The notes: generated by a model not told the origin, from the letters alone. A DNA stretch of 64,000 nt from Tubulanus polymorphus (GCF_964204645.1 NC_134026.1:15844150-15908149), one strand, 5' to 3'; counted from the stretch's first letter, positions 12,921 to 26,544 are shown. Made by a program: numbers and translations.

Positions 12921-14984
12921 AACTAGGGGGTACTTAAATCAGAACAATGCTGAATACAAGTTGAGAGACTAGAATTGATGAGTGATAAATATCAAAAGGA
13001 TCAAGGGGAAATCAAGTGTTGAGTTTATCCAGGGTATGATGCTGATTCCAATGTCAAACACATGAAGTTAAATGGTCAAGGAGAGTAAACACCAAGATAT
13101 CTCCCTTCGACCGATGTTGCACCATAGAAGATCTGATTCTTTCAACCCAAGCAAAGTGATTCAACACGATCGACATAACACTGGAATAGGTTTGCAGTGG
13201 CTAACAGTTCATTTCATTTAGTCCTATGTACTTAGCTGATTTGGATTTGATTGTAATTGAAACTGTGGAACTGTTAACAAGCCAGAGACGAGTCATATCC
13301 AAATTTAATTCAAATTTATGTTATTACATCATATTTACAAAGCATATCATTGGTTCATACAGTAATAAAAAATAGGACAGAACAAATATTAGTACAGAAT
13401 TTTCAAAATGGTAATGAATTTCTATAACTGAATGAACATTATTTTTCTATAACTAAGATCAAGAGTGACTCTCCCGTTTATTAGGAAACGCTCGCAACTT
13501 GTGGAGTAGGTTACATATTTTCACACATGTTGCAGGTATGTAATCCATAAAAGCCGAAATCAACATCGGCCCGAAACCCAGACCAAATCAATTCATGATT
13601 TATTAATTGAATCTACACTACAATATATGGGATCATTCATTTAGTACGTATGCATGAAATTTGACTTTTTCAACACCCTCCCTCCCCCTCCCCCTGTACT
13701 CAAAATCGGCCATTTTTCATATACATTTTGCATTACAGCACGCAATTGCACTTACCCAGGGATGAGAATTCCCCGCGGATTTCGGTATTGAAAAAGTCAA
13801 TTTGATCTCACTCAATTGTCCGGCGCGATCAGAAATCAGGTGAACCGTAAAAGCCTTCAGTGCCTGTTTTACTTATCGTCGCGTAAAAGTATCGCATTTC
13901 AATGCATATTCATTGCAACACTGATTTTGTATTACATTTGTACTACGATGAGCGTGTATGAGTGCGCGCGGCAACAGTAGTAATGTTTATATGCCTACTT
14001 ACTGTTGCCGCGCGTGTGTGGCGAACGCCTTCAGATGTTATACACTACTGGGTGATGATTTTTTAGTGTGCATTCATTGGCGCATTTTAACTGCAATAAT
14101 TCAGGGCTCGACCCGTAATGCATGAGATGCTGAATGTCATCGAATGAGGATGTACCACATTGGTACTAGCCAATACCTTCCAAAATATAATCGTCGTTCA
14201 TGGGTTCAAGATCGCTCTAAGTGCTCTAAATGCTCTTTAATCTCTAAAATTTTCTTGGGGGAGGCCCCCAAACCCCCCGAAATAGCTTCCCTCCTTCGGC
14301 GCTCGCGAGTATTTATTCAAATATTTCAATAAAAAGATTAACTTCTTAAATCTATTCCAAATCATAATATGTTCTTCTCCGTAAATTTACTCAATCTATC
14401 GACTCAGCAGGTGCTTAAGATGAGTTCTTATTAGGCCAGATCCATTTTTTAAGCGTGGTGATCATACAGTATCATGATGTTTGAATGCCAAAATAAATGC
14501 CTGGTCAAATAAATTCATATTTGTTGATTGTACGTCCGTGTATGTTTGGTTTCAAAGCTGATTCACATTTGACGTGTACACGGTGGTTGCATATTACGTT
14601 TGAAACTGTCAATGCATTTTATTCTATGTATCGGTATTTCAATTTACTACGATTCCCATCATCCTGAATGGCTTTGCAGAAAACCGTCATCGCTGCTTTG
14701 CAACTATATTTTATCTTAGATTTTTAGTGATACAGATTAACGACGTGTTGCTGGCTGCTACAATTTGTAGTACGGTAGTTGGTCGTTGTTAAAATTTCAG
14801 CCTGTTAACAATATCTGGAAGTTTCAAAACGCACCTCGATAGCTAAAGTTAAAAAACATCCCACCTTCGTAGAGGCTGGCACTCTTCCACTGAGAGGGCC
14901 TTCTATGAAATCCTGGATCCGCGCCTGTTGTCGGATTAATATAAATGGATTTATGTAATGCTTTGATTTTCTTTTCTATTTCAG

Positions 14985-15031
14985 AGGAAATGGAGGCTTT
15001 GGCAAGAGAAGCTGGGGTTCTTCCATCATGA
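14985..15031 (+). CDS. ATP5ME: ATP synthase subunit e, terminal coding exon (KEMEALAREAGVLPS*)
   Basis: Strong pyrimidine tract ending tttcag|; phase-compatible; LAREAGV resembles invertebrate subunit e C-termini; AATAAA at 15038. Confidence 0.8.
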
Positions 15032-15037
15032 TTCATC

Positions 15038-15043
15038 AATAAA
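15038..15043 (+). promoter_or_regulatory. candidate polyadenylation signal of the ATP5ME-like gene
   Basis: AATAAA 6 nt after the stop codon, overlapping a second AATAAA. Confidence 0.5.
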
Positions 15044-15339
15044 TAAAACTTGCTTCATTGTTGGATTTTGATGCGTACATTGTATGATCTTAGTTAATAA
15101 ATTAGATGTATCTTAGTTATTCAATGATGTTCTTTAATTACCTCACATATTATTTACTGTGTACAGGGTATCTGGAAAAGATTTTCGTGGCTAGAGAGCT
15201 GACAGCAATTCATTACATAATACAAGTCCTATAGAAAGGGAGGCTGGTAAGAGAGACATGAGAGATCTTTCCAACAAACCACCTTAGGCTAAGGGTGGAA
15301 TAATGGGGTTGTCTCGGAGTCTAGACCCCTGCCTTCCCA

Positions 15340-16419
15340 GGGTCCTGCTAAAGTACGAAACTCCGAAATATGAAACGAAATTGCGAAATGGGAATTTTTT
15401 TGCCAGTAGTGCTAAAATACGAACCGAAATACGAAACGAAATGGTCACATTTCAAACACACGCCCACACTATGGTCAAAGCTCGTTATTACGCTACGGGA
15501 CTGTAAAAATCTCGGCGGTGCATGTAAATGATCTTTTGAAAGTACCATATTCAAGAATTTATTTTCTTAAACTGGAGGGTTTTAAGAACGTCTACAATTA
15601 GTAGAAACTTGTAGGATGTTCTCAAAAACAAATAATGAATACGCTGCGCCATTTCCAAGAACTCAGACGCGGTAAAGCATATTGAAATGATAGGCCCTAC
15701 ACTGTTAGAATGTGATCTTATTGTGTAGGTACACTAGATTAGTACGAGACCTAGAGTATATGTACTGTACTAAAAGTTTATGTATGCATGCACAGTTGAT
15801 TAATAAAGTTAGTTATTCAGTAGTGTTCATAGAAGATACGTCGTTATTGTTTATCCTCTGCTGATAGTCCGAAATGGCTAATCAAAGTCAATCAGTGACC
15901 CAGGCTCATTCATCTAACATAGTACCGTCAACATACACATGGACTACATGACGATCTTTTTACCGCTTAACAGCGTAGCGACGAGCAATTTGAAAAAAAT
16001 TCCGGCCGTGAATTTTCTTTTCGAATCCGCATCCCTTGCAAAATCCAGACTTTTAAGCTCCTCAGCAGAGGAGAAACGAGGTATCAATTTTTAAGCCTAA
16101 ACACTGCAGGATATATTTTAAGGCACACTTCGTTCTCTAACCCGTAATTTATTAATCGCTGCCTTCCAGTTGTATATGAGCATGCGCAGATCATTCTCCC
16201 TGATGGCATCGCTAAACTCAGTCGCGGCACGGAACCCTGCCACACTAGACCGGGTGCGCATGTTTGAGCCAGCTCCACGAGTCCGCTGCTATAGCGCAAA
16301 AAATTACAAAATTTTCGTTTCGTATTTCATTTTATACTTTAGCAGGACCCGCGAAAAAATTTTTTCGTAATTTCGTTGCATATTTCTTAATTTCGTAGTT
16401 TCGTACTTTAGAAGTACCC
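15340..16419. mobile_element. Mutator-like non-autonomous element
   Basis: TIR GGGT(CCTG/ACTT)CTAAAGTACGAAACT; 9-bp TSD GCCTTCCCA at 15331 and 16420. Confidence 0.85.
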
Positions 16420-17116
16420 GCCTTCCCACTGGGGTGGCACTTTTCAAAGACAATGACAACTCTATACACTCTAGACACTCAGGGGCAAAAAAAGGAAAAA
16501 AGGTTTCCTTCAATAATTAATCTGAAAACAAAGCTAACAATAAACATTAGAAATTTGAAATGTTGATAATGCAGTTCATCAGTCCCACTAATTTGGTCGT
16601 CCTCTAGTTTCTCGATTTGAACAAACGTAATGAACACACAGCAAGCGCAATTAATAACCACGGAACGATTAAATTAGAGGGAGTTCATTTAATCCTGCAT
16701 GATGAGGTTAAATTGAGTGAAATCGATTGTGTTCTGAAATATATTAACTATTTTTCCTGGATACTTTTTGTTTATTATAGCGATTCTATGCGGTTTTATA
16801 CATTAATCTGCTTTAACATATTGACCGTTTTCAAGAACCAAAAATTTAAATTTTCTCGGAATCTGTTTTTTTCCAAAAACAACCCAAACCAAAAACCCGA
16901 AATTGTGTGCAGTTAGTACGCAGCGTGTATACTGTCGGATGAGATTTAGTACGCAGCATGTATACTGTCGGATGAGAAAATTGAAAATAAATTTGGTCTA
17001 ATCGTAAAAGAAAACGTTCAGTGAAAGAAAATAAGCTCAGCAGTGACTAATTGTTATTTTGTGCCCTTTCTTTGGATTAATCCCCTTCCCTGATTAATTG
17101 GTGGCAAAATATGTTC

Positions 17117-17760
17117 GGTTGTAGGTAAAAATCCCCTAGGTAAATATCCCCAAGTATGGGAAGTAGGTAAAAATCCCCACTCGGTGATTTTCAAGAACAT
17201 TTCAAAGCAAAATGTTTCTCTAATTTTATTCATTTGCGATGAGACTGGAATATGTTTGAACTGCGCAATGAAATCCTTTGTTGTTAGAATTAGTAAGAAT
17301 AGTAAATAGAGATCTTAGAATTAATAAGAATAATGATTTTTTCATTCGTTATATCTCAAAATTCGAACTGGAATATTTTTGAACTGTGACCTTTTGTTAA
17401 CTGGTGGTATATTTGAGCTTTGCGATGCCATGAATTATTAGAAATGATGAACTTTTAATTTGAAATATTTTAGATTCAAGCTAATGTAATATATTTTAAA
17501 ACTTTAAGTACGGTACTAATTTAGTATCAATGAACCGTTCATTTGTAGTATGTTTTAATTCAATTAGCACATACTATAGTTTGTATACTCATCATATCTT
17601 TATTGTGTTCTACAGTAAAATATGAATAAATTTGATGTATATATCAATAATAGGAATTAATTGACCTTAACATTGTATCTACTTACACTTCATTCAGAAG
17701 GAGGGGGATTTTCACCTACTTAAAAGAAGATTTTTACCAAGGGGAATTTTACCCCTAACC
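17117..17760. mobile_element. Mutator-like MITE
   Basis: GGTTGTAGGTAAAAATCCCC...GGGGAATTTTACCCCTAACC; 9-bp TSD AATATGTTC. A related left end occurs at 18001. Confidence 0.8.
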
Positions 17761-18844
17761 AATATGTTCTACCGTGAAAACTCAGCATTTGGCATAAAAT
17801 GGATTTTTGTATATCTCAGAATGTATGCTCTTCTAAAAGGTAGCCTATTAGGAAAAAAGTTACCCGGAAAAATGTCCTAATCTAATATGTCCTAAAAGGT
17901 GTTTCAACTATTATTTTGTAAATTATCCAACTATTATCACTAACTGGGTAAGTTAGTTGAATTCACATAGAGATATTTCAGAAGGGACAGATTTTAAATG
18001 GTTGTAGGTAAAAATTCCCTAGGTAAAATCCTCGAATGTTGGAAAAAATGGCCACGGAATAAAAGGCCAAGCGCAGCAAAATTTATGAGAACTACTGACG
18101 ATGTAAATAAACATTAAGCTTTCAATTTGATGACATCACCTATTTTTCATGGGGCTAAAAACAATTAAAATCGGTATAATGAGTTCAGGTATTGTAGGTA
18201 AAAATGTAAAATGTAAAAAAGCCACCAAATTATGCAACATGGGAAAAAATGCCACCGGTAAAAAATCCCACTTTTTGAAAAGTAGGAAAAAATGTCACCA
18301 GGAAAAAATTATTTACATACATAGATTTAAGTTGACTGTAATTATCTGAAGTTTATCCATCAATGTCATAGTCTCACGCCTCTCTAGATATTCAGTACAG
18401 ATGCTATTATTCGTCAATAAGCAAAAGTCCTGAATAGCCCTTAAGTACATGGCATGTGAGTTATCTGTACTAGACACACGATGGCTTCAAATTGTCCGTC
18501 TCTACTGAAACTGTGTTTCATCACACCAGGGGGTGTTTTATTTTCATGTATACTGATTTATAAATGATATCAAATGGATCTAATGAACCATAAGATACTA
18601 TGAACGTTTTATGATACTATGAACGTTTTATCCCTCCCCCTGGCAGAAAGCCGTCATCCATGGCTTGAGAGATAACTAAATCAACTAAACCACCTATCAT
18701 ATAGATCGCGCACTTCAATCATAGTTGATATGGGTAGTTTATTCGTATCAATTACGAATTATCTGTTATCCGTATATCACTTAATCCGTACTTAAAAGCT
18801 CAGTCCCTAGTGATACGGATTAACCGATGTTGACTGTATACAAC

Positions 18845-19845
18845 GCCCCCTGGTGACCATATGCAAAACCCGATGACTTTGAAACTAATCATAATCATAG
18901 AGCATGCCATGAGTTACAACTTATCAATTGATCATGGTAACAAAATATGCTTAGGTGCCAATATAATAAGGGAATACTGTGTGTTATTGTATTTATTGTT
19001 CAACGTCCCCTGGTGGCCATATACAAAAATCAATGACCTTGAATCTCACAATAATAGACCATGTCATGAGCTAGGACTTTCCAATTGATTGTGGTAACAA
19101 AATATGCATAGGTACGAATGTAATATGGAAATACTAAGTTATTGAATTGTTCAACGCCCCATGGTGGCCATTTACAAAACCAATGACCTTGAAACTCACC
19201 ACAATCATTGAACATGTTTGCAGCTAGGATTTTGTAATTTATTGCGGTAACAAACTATGCCTAGTTACCAATATAATATGGAAATACTAAGTTATTCTAG
19301 TTATTCAATGCCCCCTGGTGACCACATGCAAAGCCCAATAGCCGCGAAACTTACATAATTCATAGAACATGTTATGAGCTACTACTTTGCAATTGATCAT
19401 GGTAACAAAATATGTCTAGGTACCAATGTGATAAGGAAATACTAAGCTATTCTACTTTTCAACGCCCCCTGGTGACTATATGGAATAACTAATGACCTTG
19501 AAACTCACTACAATCTTAGAACACGTTATGAGCTACAACTTTCCAATTGATTGTGGTAACAAAATATGCTTTGGTATCAATATAATGTGGACACTTTTTT
19601 CCACCTACGAATGAGTACTGATGACACCAAGATGGCCGCCAATTGCGTCATAATTGGCAGATCAAAAATACCTGTCTCAGGTATAAAAGATCTCTTCTCA
19701 AAGAATACCCATCACAAATTGCAATGAAAAATGGCAAACCATTAGGAAGTTACAGGACTCGGAATTCAGGCCAACATTTTTGGGCACAAAAAATGTCACA
19801 GGACGGCCATCTTAAGTCCGATCGACCCAATTTCAAAGTGTTCTA
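18845..19845 (+). repeat. Helentron-type element fragment: five ~154-bp tandem units plus arm
   Basis: ccccctggtgaccat recurs at about 18846, 19007, 19157, 19311 and 19465; the arm matches 61200-61455. Confidence 0.9.
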
Positions 19846-20629
19846 ACAAAATGGTACTGTAGTGTTGCGTATATTACCACAAAAACTACGATATAGCGAT
19901 CCTGAAATTTGATTGAAGACAAACTAATGAATATGTAGTTGATATCTTTATTTAACGAGAGCATGAGCAGGAATGACCAAGCCAGGCCTGAGCTGGACCC
20001 CAAACAAGCTCGGGGTCGGGGGCACAAATCATTGGTTGATTAGCCATCAGACTCACAAATCTGACAGCTGACCTAGGTAAATAACACTAAACAAACAGGG
20101 AGCGAGGGGTTTAATTATTGATTGTCTTCAAAGTTAGGCTTGGTTAATCTTTAGATTTTAGAGACGAACGGCATGTAAACATCCTGACACTAAACCCATA
20201 ACAAAGGCGTGTCTGCTATATTGCATAAAGATATTAATAGAAATCGGAATAAAACTATATTTGGAGACTAAAAAAATGAATTTGATTTGTGAATGAATAT
20301 GATATTTGTAATCTTTAGATTTTGCAGAATATTTCTATATCCATTGTGACACTATTTCGATAAAGATGAATTTTGAAAACAAGCAGAACACTATAGTACT
20401 TATGATATCAGTATTTATGTGACTGGAGAGTTATGCGACCTAAAAAATTATGTGACTTAGTACGATGGTACAAATAACATCATGTTTAAACATGTGACAA
20501 TTTCATTTAATGCTGAATACAAATTGGAAAAGCCTAAAATGTACTAAGAACAGCTACAAGATTAAAGTATTTGGATAACGAGTCATCCAACCGAAAAGTG
20601 CAGCGGAAAATTCAAATTGCTCCTCAATA

Positions 20630-20731
20630 CAGTAAAACCTCCCTCAGTGAACACCTTAGTTAATGAACATAATTTTCCCAGTCCCAAAATCCATAGTCAA
20701 CACTTGGGGGCCCACTGTAGAGGTTTTCCTG
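20630..20731. mobile_element. Tc1/pogo (Tigger-like) MITE
   Basis: TA|CAGTAAAACCTC...GAGGTTTTCCTG|TA. Confidence 0.65.
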
Positions 20732-20863
20732 TATCTCCTTTTACAATGACAGGGAAATCAGACAGTGTGCGCGCAAGTTTGAATTAAAACATCCACCAGA
20801 CCATTGAGAAAGAAATTATGTGTACATTGATTGATTGATTTTATTTTCATAGAACATAGTTTA

Positions 20864-21083
20864 GGCTAAAAAAAATTGATACCTTGTTTCTCCGCTCTAC
20901 TGAGCTTAAATGTTGACCCGGCCGGCCGCCTATCTACGCTATACATTACTTTTTTTTAAATCGTGATCAATTTTACCATAACAGACCCGGCCGCTATAGA
21001 AATGAACTGTTTATAAATTTTATCATATTTTACAAAAATGACCCGGCCGCTGCGGAGAAACAAGGTATCATTTTTGTTTAGCC
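20864..21083. mobile_element. PIF/Harbinger MITE inserted in the LINE 3' UTR
   Basis: TIR GGCTAAA..GATACCTTGTTTCTCCGC; TTA TSD; relatives at 31927-32100 and about 54820. Confidence 0.8.
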
Positions 21084-21354
21084 TTAGTATAATAATTTAT
21101 CTTACAAAATACCACTATGAACTATGAAGGACTCGTCCAGAGCCTGAAGGCTGTAGCTCTGAACAGAGTGGACGAGCCCCGTGACTATGAAATGGATGAT
21201 GATGACAAAGATACAAATGTCAATATTATAAGGTTTATCTATGGTAAGCTATTTTCAAAACAACATACAACATACAATGGTAATTATACTACAATAACTA
21301 TTATATAACATAAACATACCATGATAGAATATTTTAGGGGGACGGGATGAATAT

Positions 21355-24300
21355 TCAATATCTATTGATGAGCTGTTTTTTGTAGAGCCTGGTGAATGAA
21401 TGAATTGATGGAGATTTTCTGATTGTGTTATCGATTGTTTGCCAAATGACTGGAACTTTGTTAAGAAACGATTTATTGAACATATTCGTTTTGTGACGGG
21501 CAGATTGTGGATAATTTCTTGATCTTGTGTTATGTGTGTGGTTTACTTGGTTATGTTGGAACAATGCTCTTATCGGGGTGGGCAATTTTCCTTCGAAGTA
21601 TTTGTAGCCAATTTTTGCGAGGTCTAAATTTATTATGTCTTCAAATTTTAGGATATCATATTTTCTAAATAAGTGTGATGTGGGGGCATTATAGCGGCTG
21701 TTATCGATATATCTGATTGCCCTTTTCTGCAATTTGAAAATGGTGTCTATTTGCTTTTTTGAGAGAAGAGTGCCCCACGATGTCACTGCATAAGATAAAT
21801 GTGTATGTATATAGCCATAATACAGCATTTCTTACTCCAAGAAGGTATACATTTTTTTATTCTTCTTAATAAATACAAGTTTCTATTGATTTTTGAACAG
21901 ATTTGTTTGAATTATTGTTCACAAGATAGATTTTCATCAATAAGTACTCCTAAAAATGTACACTGTTTTACTGATCTTATTTTCTCAATACCAAATATGA
22001 GATCTATATCCGTTTGGAAACTTTTACTTCTGGGCCTAAAAATCATGTAATTAGTTTTCTTGAAATTGACTGTTAATTTGTTAGCATGGAACCAATCGAT
22101 CAGTGCAGATAGGTCATCTTTCATAAGATCTAAAATAGTGTTAAGATTCTTTCCGGTAATATATATGCTAGTGTCGTCTGCGAATGATATACTTTTACAG
22201 GATTTTAAAACTTGATGGGCATCGTTAACATATATAAGAAAAAGCAGTGGTCCGAGTATAGAGCCTTGAGGAATTCCGTATTCGACTTTAGTTAGATTTG
22301 ATTTGATTCCGTTGACCTTAACATACATTCTCCTTTCACTGAGGTAACTTTTCAACCATTGCAATGGAATTCCTCTTATTCCATACTTATCTAATTTGTA
22401 TATCAACGTTGGGATATCGAGCGAGTCAAACGCTTTAGACAGATCAAGGAAGACTCCAATTGTGTTATTACCATTGTCGAAGCTACTAATTATATTTCCG
22501 GTTAATTCAAGTATTGCTTGCGCAGTTGAATGATTTTCTCTGTACCCATATTGGCTGCTGTAGAGTAAGTTGTTCGTAATAAAAAAGTTATACAGCCTGT
22601 TGTGAACTATTTTTTCTAGTATTTTAGATATTACGGGTAAAAGTGAGATAGGCCTGTAGTTAGTTGCTTGGGATTTATCATCACCTTTGTGGATAGGAAT
22701 AACTTATGCAATTTTCATTAATTTGGGTACTACGCCATCTCTTAATGAATTGTTAAATATTGTACATAACGGATCACATATAGTATAAATTACTTGTTTT
22801 AGGAGATTATTGCTAATGTTATCGAAACCAGTACTACTTTTATTTGGAAATGATTTCACTAAAGAAATGATCTCATTAGTGTCAGTGGGTCTAAAGAAAA
22901 TGTTAATATTGTTATGGATATTGAGGTATTCTTGAAATGAATGCTTAGAAGTTGGGACTTTAGTGGCATACTCTTTTCCTATATTACTAAAAAACAAAGA
23001 CAGTGAGTCACTAATTTTTTTGTGGTCTTTTTCAATTTTTTAGATTTTCAATAGTATATGATTTGTCATTATGTTTGCCTATGGTGGTCTGTAGTAAATC
23101 CCATAACTTTCTACTGTTATTTCTAAAACTAAGTATCTTATTCGCATAATAACTATGCTTTGCTCTTCTTCTTAAATAATTCAACTGATTTCGATAATTA
23201 AGATATCTTACGTATTTTGGATCACTTTTTGGAGCACCAAGTACCTTACGATATAAACGATCACACTTTTTTGACGATGTTAGTAGACCATGTGTCATCC
23301 ATGGTTCGTCTATCTTTATATGCCCAATTTTCCTTTCAGTCGGGGTGCATGTCTATCTAAAGATTGAGTGAGCTTTTCAATTAAAAAGCTAAACCCATCA
23401 TCGCTGTTCATGTTTTCAATTACAGCCCAATCAATTTCAGAGAGTTCATTATTAATATTGGTTAAGTTGCTTCGATTGAATCTTCGAAATAATTTAGTTT
23501 CCTTTGTTTTCATTTTGTAGTTCCTATCTTTGATTGATATATAACAGGGCAGATGGTCTGATAGGTCAGTTGTGATAATGCATGATCTATAATGGTCAGT
23601 TAATTTTGAGCTTATATATATATATTATCAATGAGGGTGGCTGTATTATGTGTGATTCTAGTTGGACGTAGTATTGTTGGTATTACTTCATAGGAGAGAT
23701 TCAAATCAAGAAATCTAGCAGTTTCTGTGGGTTTCAGATTTGATGAGGTCCTAGTTTTGGTCCATCCCAATGATTATATCTTTTCTTTCATGATTTATTT
23801 TTTCTAGTATGCCTTGATAATCTAACAAAAAATCAGATTCGCTAGTTCCCGGTATTCTATATAGCTCTCCAACAATAATATTTCTAGCGTTTTTCCCGGT
23901 TTTCGAAATTATTTCTATAAAACAGGTTTTCGAATTTACCCTCTTTAAATACGCTTATGTCATTTCTGATCTTATAGGAAAGTCGCTTGCTTGCATAAAT
24001 CGCCACCCCACCTTTCATTGAGTTAATTCTGTGTTTTTCTATTAAGTTATAGCCTGGAATTTCACAAAGGTTACGGTTAATATCAGTAATAAAAGTTTCA
24101 CATAATAAAATTAAGTCTAAAGCAGACTTCCTATTGTCGAATTTTGTTATCAAAGTTTTAAGTTCATCTAGTTTACTAGGAATGCTGTGTATATTCAAAT
24201 GAAGAATGTTTAATTTCGATTGACAATCACGATAATCCAGTTCATTAATTTCAACATAAGGAGAGTCATTGTTGGCTATTGGTTGATCGCCGAATACATT

Positions 24301-24369
24301 TAATAATAGATTGGGATTGTTTCTTATGTTTTTAATGCGGCTCTCTGGGTCTGTATTACCTAAACACAT
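21355..24369 (-). pseudogene. LINE ORF2 (AP endonuclease + reverse transcriptase), frameshifted
   Basis: Motifs ILHLNIHS, LCETF, GGVAIY, ATLIDN, SDHLPC, YRPISLL, DLSKAFD, GIPQGSILGPLLF and FADDT occur in successive broken frames. Confidence 0.93.
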
Positions 24370-24759
24370 TCAAAAATAGAACTTTAGCTAAGATCCCCAG
24401 GTACCAATATAATTCATATTCATGTACAGAACAAGTTGTAATATTGCTTGTATTGAGTTTAATTGACCTTTCATATGAGTTGAGAATAGATGATATATAG
24501 CGAAAGCATTTAGCAAAAAAATAATAATTTAGTCTGGTTACCCAGAAAAGCATTTTGGTTATTATTTAAACCAAACTTATACTCTATATTAGGATTGGTA
24601 ATTTGATATGTACATATCAATAATTTGGTAATTCAGAAAGTTTGACCAAATATTTGAATTATTGGTAAGATCCATTTAGAGATACCTGTATTGCTAACAA
24701 TGTGTAACGCATAAACGAATGAAGAAAGGAAAAAAGTTAGTTATTCACAATTAGCTAAT

Positions 24760-25437
24760 TACCGGTACTGCTATTACTTCGGCAGTGGTTTGAAAATGTT
24801 AATTCTTTTTTTCTCACCATTCTCAGTGCAACCGAATACTTCTCCATTGATTGTCCACACTTTGTTATATAGTCTCGAGTTAACCGCGTGATTAACTAGT
24901 TTCGCAATTTCAGGGCAAAGATCTTCGCGTATAATCCCTGACTCTTATATGATTTCGTCGCGAATATTGATTATTTTTTATTGCTAGCGTTTTGCTCTCG
25001 GAGAGCTGGGCACGTAGTTCGCCGATTTCACTTTTTAGCGCGGATATATCTTCGGAATGTTGAGATTTAATTTCAGCGATTTCGGTTGTCTTCGTATTGT
25101 TCGATTGTTCAATATCGTATAATCTCTCTTCGGTTCTGTAGACAAGGTTGTCAATTTTCTTAGTATGGTTCTCTAATTTACGATCAATGGTATCTAGTAT
25201 TTCTGTTTTCATTCCAGCTAGTGAATCAATTTTTTTATTCATTTCTTCTATAGATTTTGTAAGCTTCATTATGCCCTCTTCAACGGACATTTCAGAATCC
25301 ACCATCGAACTTCTTTCCTTCCTTTTTTTATTTGGTGGGCCTTGTTAACGACCCTCTTTAGTTTTACGTTTCTGAGTAGTCTTCAGAATCCGATTGCTCT
25401 GAGTCGCTTATGTTTATATTTTCGCCGCCCCCTGCCA
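24760..25437 (-). pseudogene. LINE ORF1 (coiled coil + RRM-like), disrupted
   Basis: Coiled coil ending NNQYSRRNHIRV, then VWTINGEVF; lies directly upstream of ORF2. Confidence 0.8.
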
Positions 25438-25782
25438 TATCTGTTGAACTCTTTGTTTACTGACAACTGAGTGAGCTTTTGACAGTTGACACTGAACTGA
25501 TCGCTGATCACTGCTATATTATACTGAATATCAAACGAGATTTCACCGAATATTCCTTCATTTACCGTTTTAAAATCACATTTAAGGCTTCAAACTTTCA
25601 GGAAATGTCAGCTAAACATATATCAATTTCCAGTTTCTGCATTCAACATTGAGTATCGTACATATCAGCCCCAATCCTAATATTTCCAGGAGCGCTTTCG
25701 ACGTACCAGCCTGTCGTCGGCCATATTCTCGATCTGTTGTCATGTACATGTATTTGAAAATATTAATTTGACATATATACAT

Positions 25783-26000
25783 ACCACACTGACCGGGTGC
25801 GCAGGTACATGCGCAGGTTTACCACATGAAAACTTGCGGCACCAATCAGATTGCTCGTTGTATAATCGCTGAGACAAAATTCAGAGAATAACTTTATGGG
25901 AAAACCCAAGTTAAAATAAAACGGGATTTCTGATTGGCTAATAATGACATCATCTAAGCTGCGCATGTACCTGCGCACTTGGTCTAGTGTGGCAGGGTTT
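25783..26000. mobile_element. fold-back MITE
   Basis: ccacactgaccgggtgcgcaggtacatgcgcag...ctgcgcatgtacctgcgcacttggtctagtgtgg; the same end occurs at 16233-16262. Confidence 0.6.
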
Positions 26001-26544
26001 TGTACCGTGTACTTCAAACTCACACATTCATCAACTAATAACAAGTAGTAAGTAAAAGTGAAGTAAAGCTCACTAAATACAACTGATTCACTAACACATT
26101 CTTTGGTGTTGTTTTTTGACGCCTTATAAAACGTTACCATTATGAAACCTAAACAATGTTAACCATTCAGCATCATTTTACAAACGACAGCCGTAAATCG
26201 ATGTGCAAAACGTCACAGGTCTATGTGTACACAAACAAGCTATTTGGCAAAATATTATCGACATAGATGTAGAATGGCTTCCTGTGATTATATAATGACC
26301 TATATTTGAACGTCGAAATGTTATATTGCATTGAATATCATTAGAAGACGTATTGTAATTGTAAAGGATGTATGATTATATCAGAAGCGGCAGGCATAAA
26401 TCGAAATGATAAGTAAATCGGATTATTCGGTTAAATGGCGGATGTATACACGATGCGGAAGTCTGATTTTAAAGTGAGCAAAGACCCTGACGTGGGAATG
26501 CCAGTGGAAGGACGAAGCTATCATTTCATCAGCGGCTACAAGCG

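Larger units (their letters stand above)
11039..13031 (-). mobile_element. 5'-truncated Penelope-like element (3' UTR/pLTR) with nested insertions
   Basis: Homologous to 57145-57575; GGGTAT TSD at 11033 and 13032; the empty site is present in the 62.2-kb copy. Confidence 0.85.
10753..14710 (+). repeat. copy 1 of a duplicated block (inverted copy at 59930-62462), in ATP5ME intron
   Basis: Colinear reverse-complement matches: 10753-11038 with 62462-62183, 13032-13400 with 62188-61789, 13447-13628 with 60535-60331, 14309-14710 with 60330-59930. Confidence 0.9.
20828..25742 (-). mobile_element. near-full-length decayed LINE (L2/Crack/Daphne-like)
   Basis: ORF1 plus APE-RT ORF2; 3' AATAAA with (ATCA)n tail; candidate TSD TGTACAT at 20821 and 25743. 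Confidence 0.88.

Noticed and set aside
13965-14013. GC-rich hairpin resembling a terminator or pre-miRNA
   Set aside because: Lies within MITE-like sequence; no other support.
18845-19590. CRISPR-like or regulatory array
   Set aside because: Units are contiguous ~154-bp tandem repeats without unique spacers, in eukaryotic TE context.
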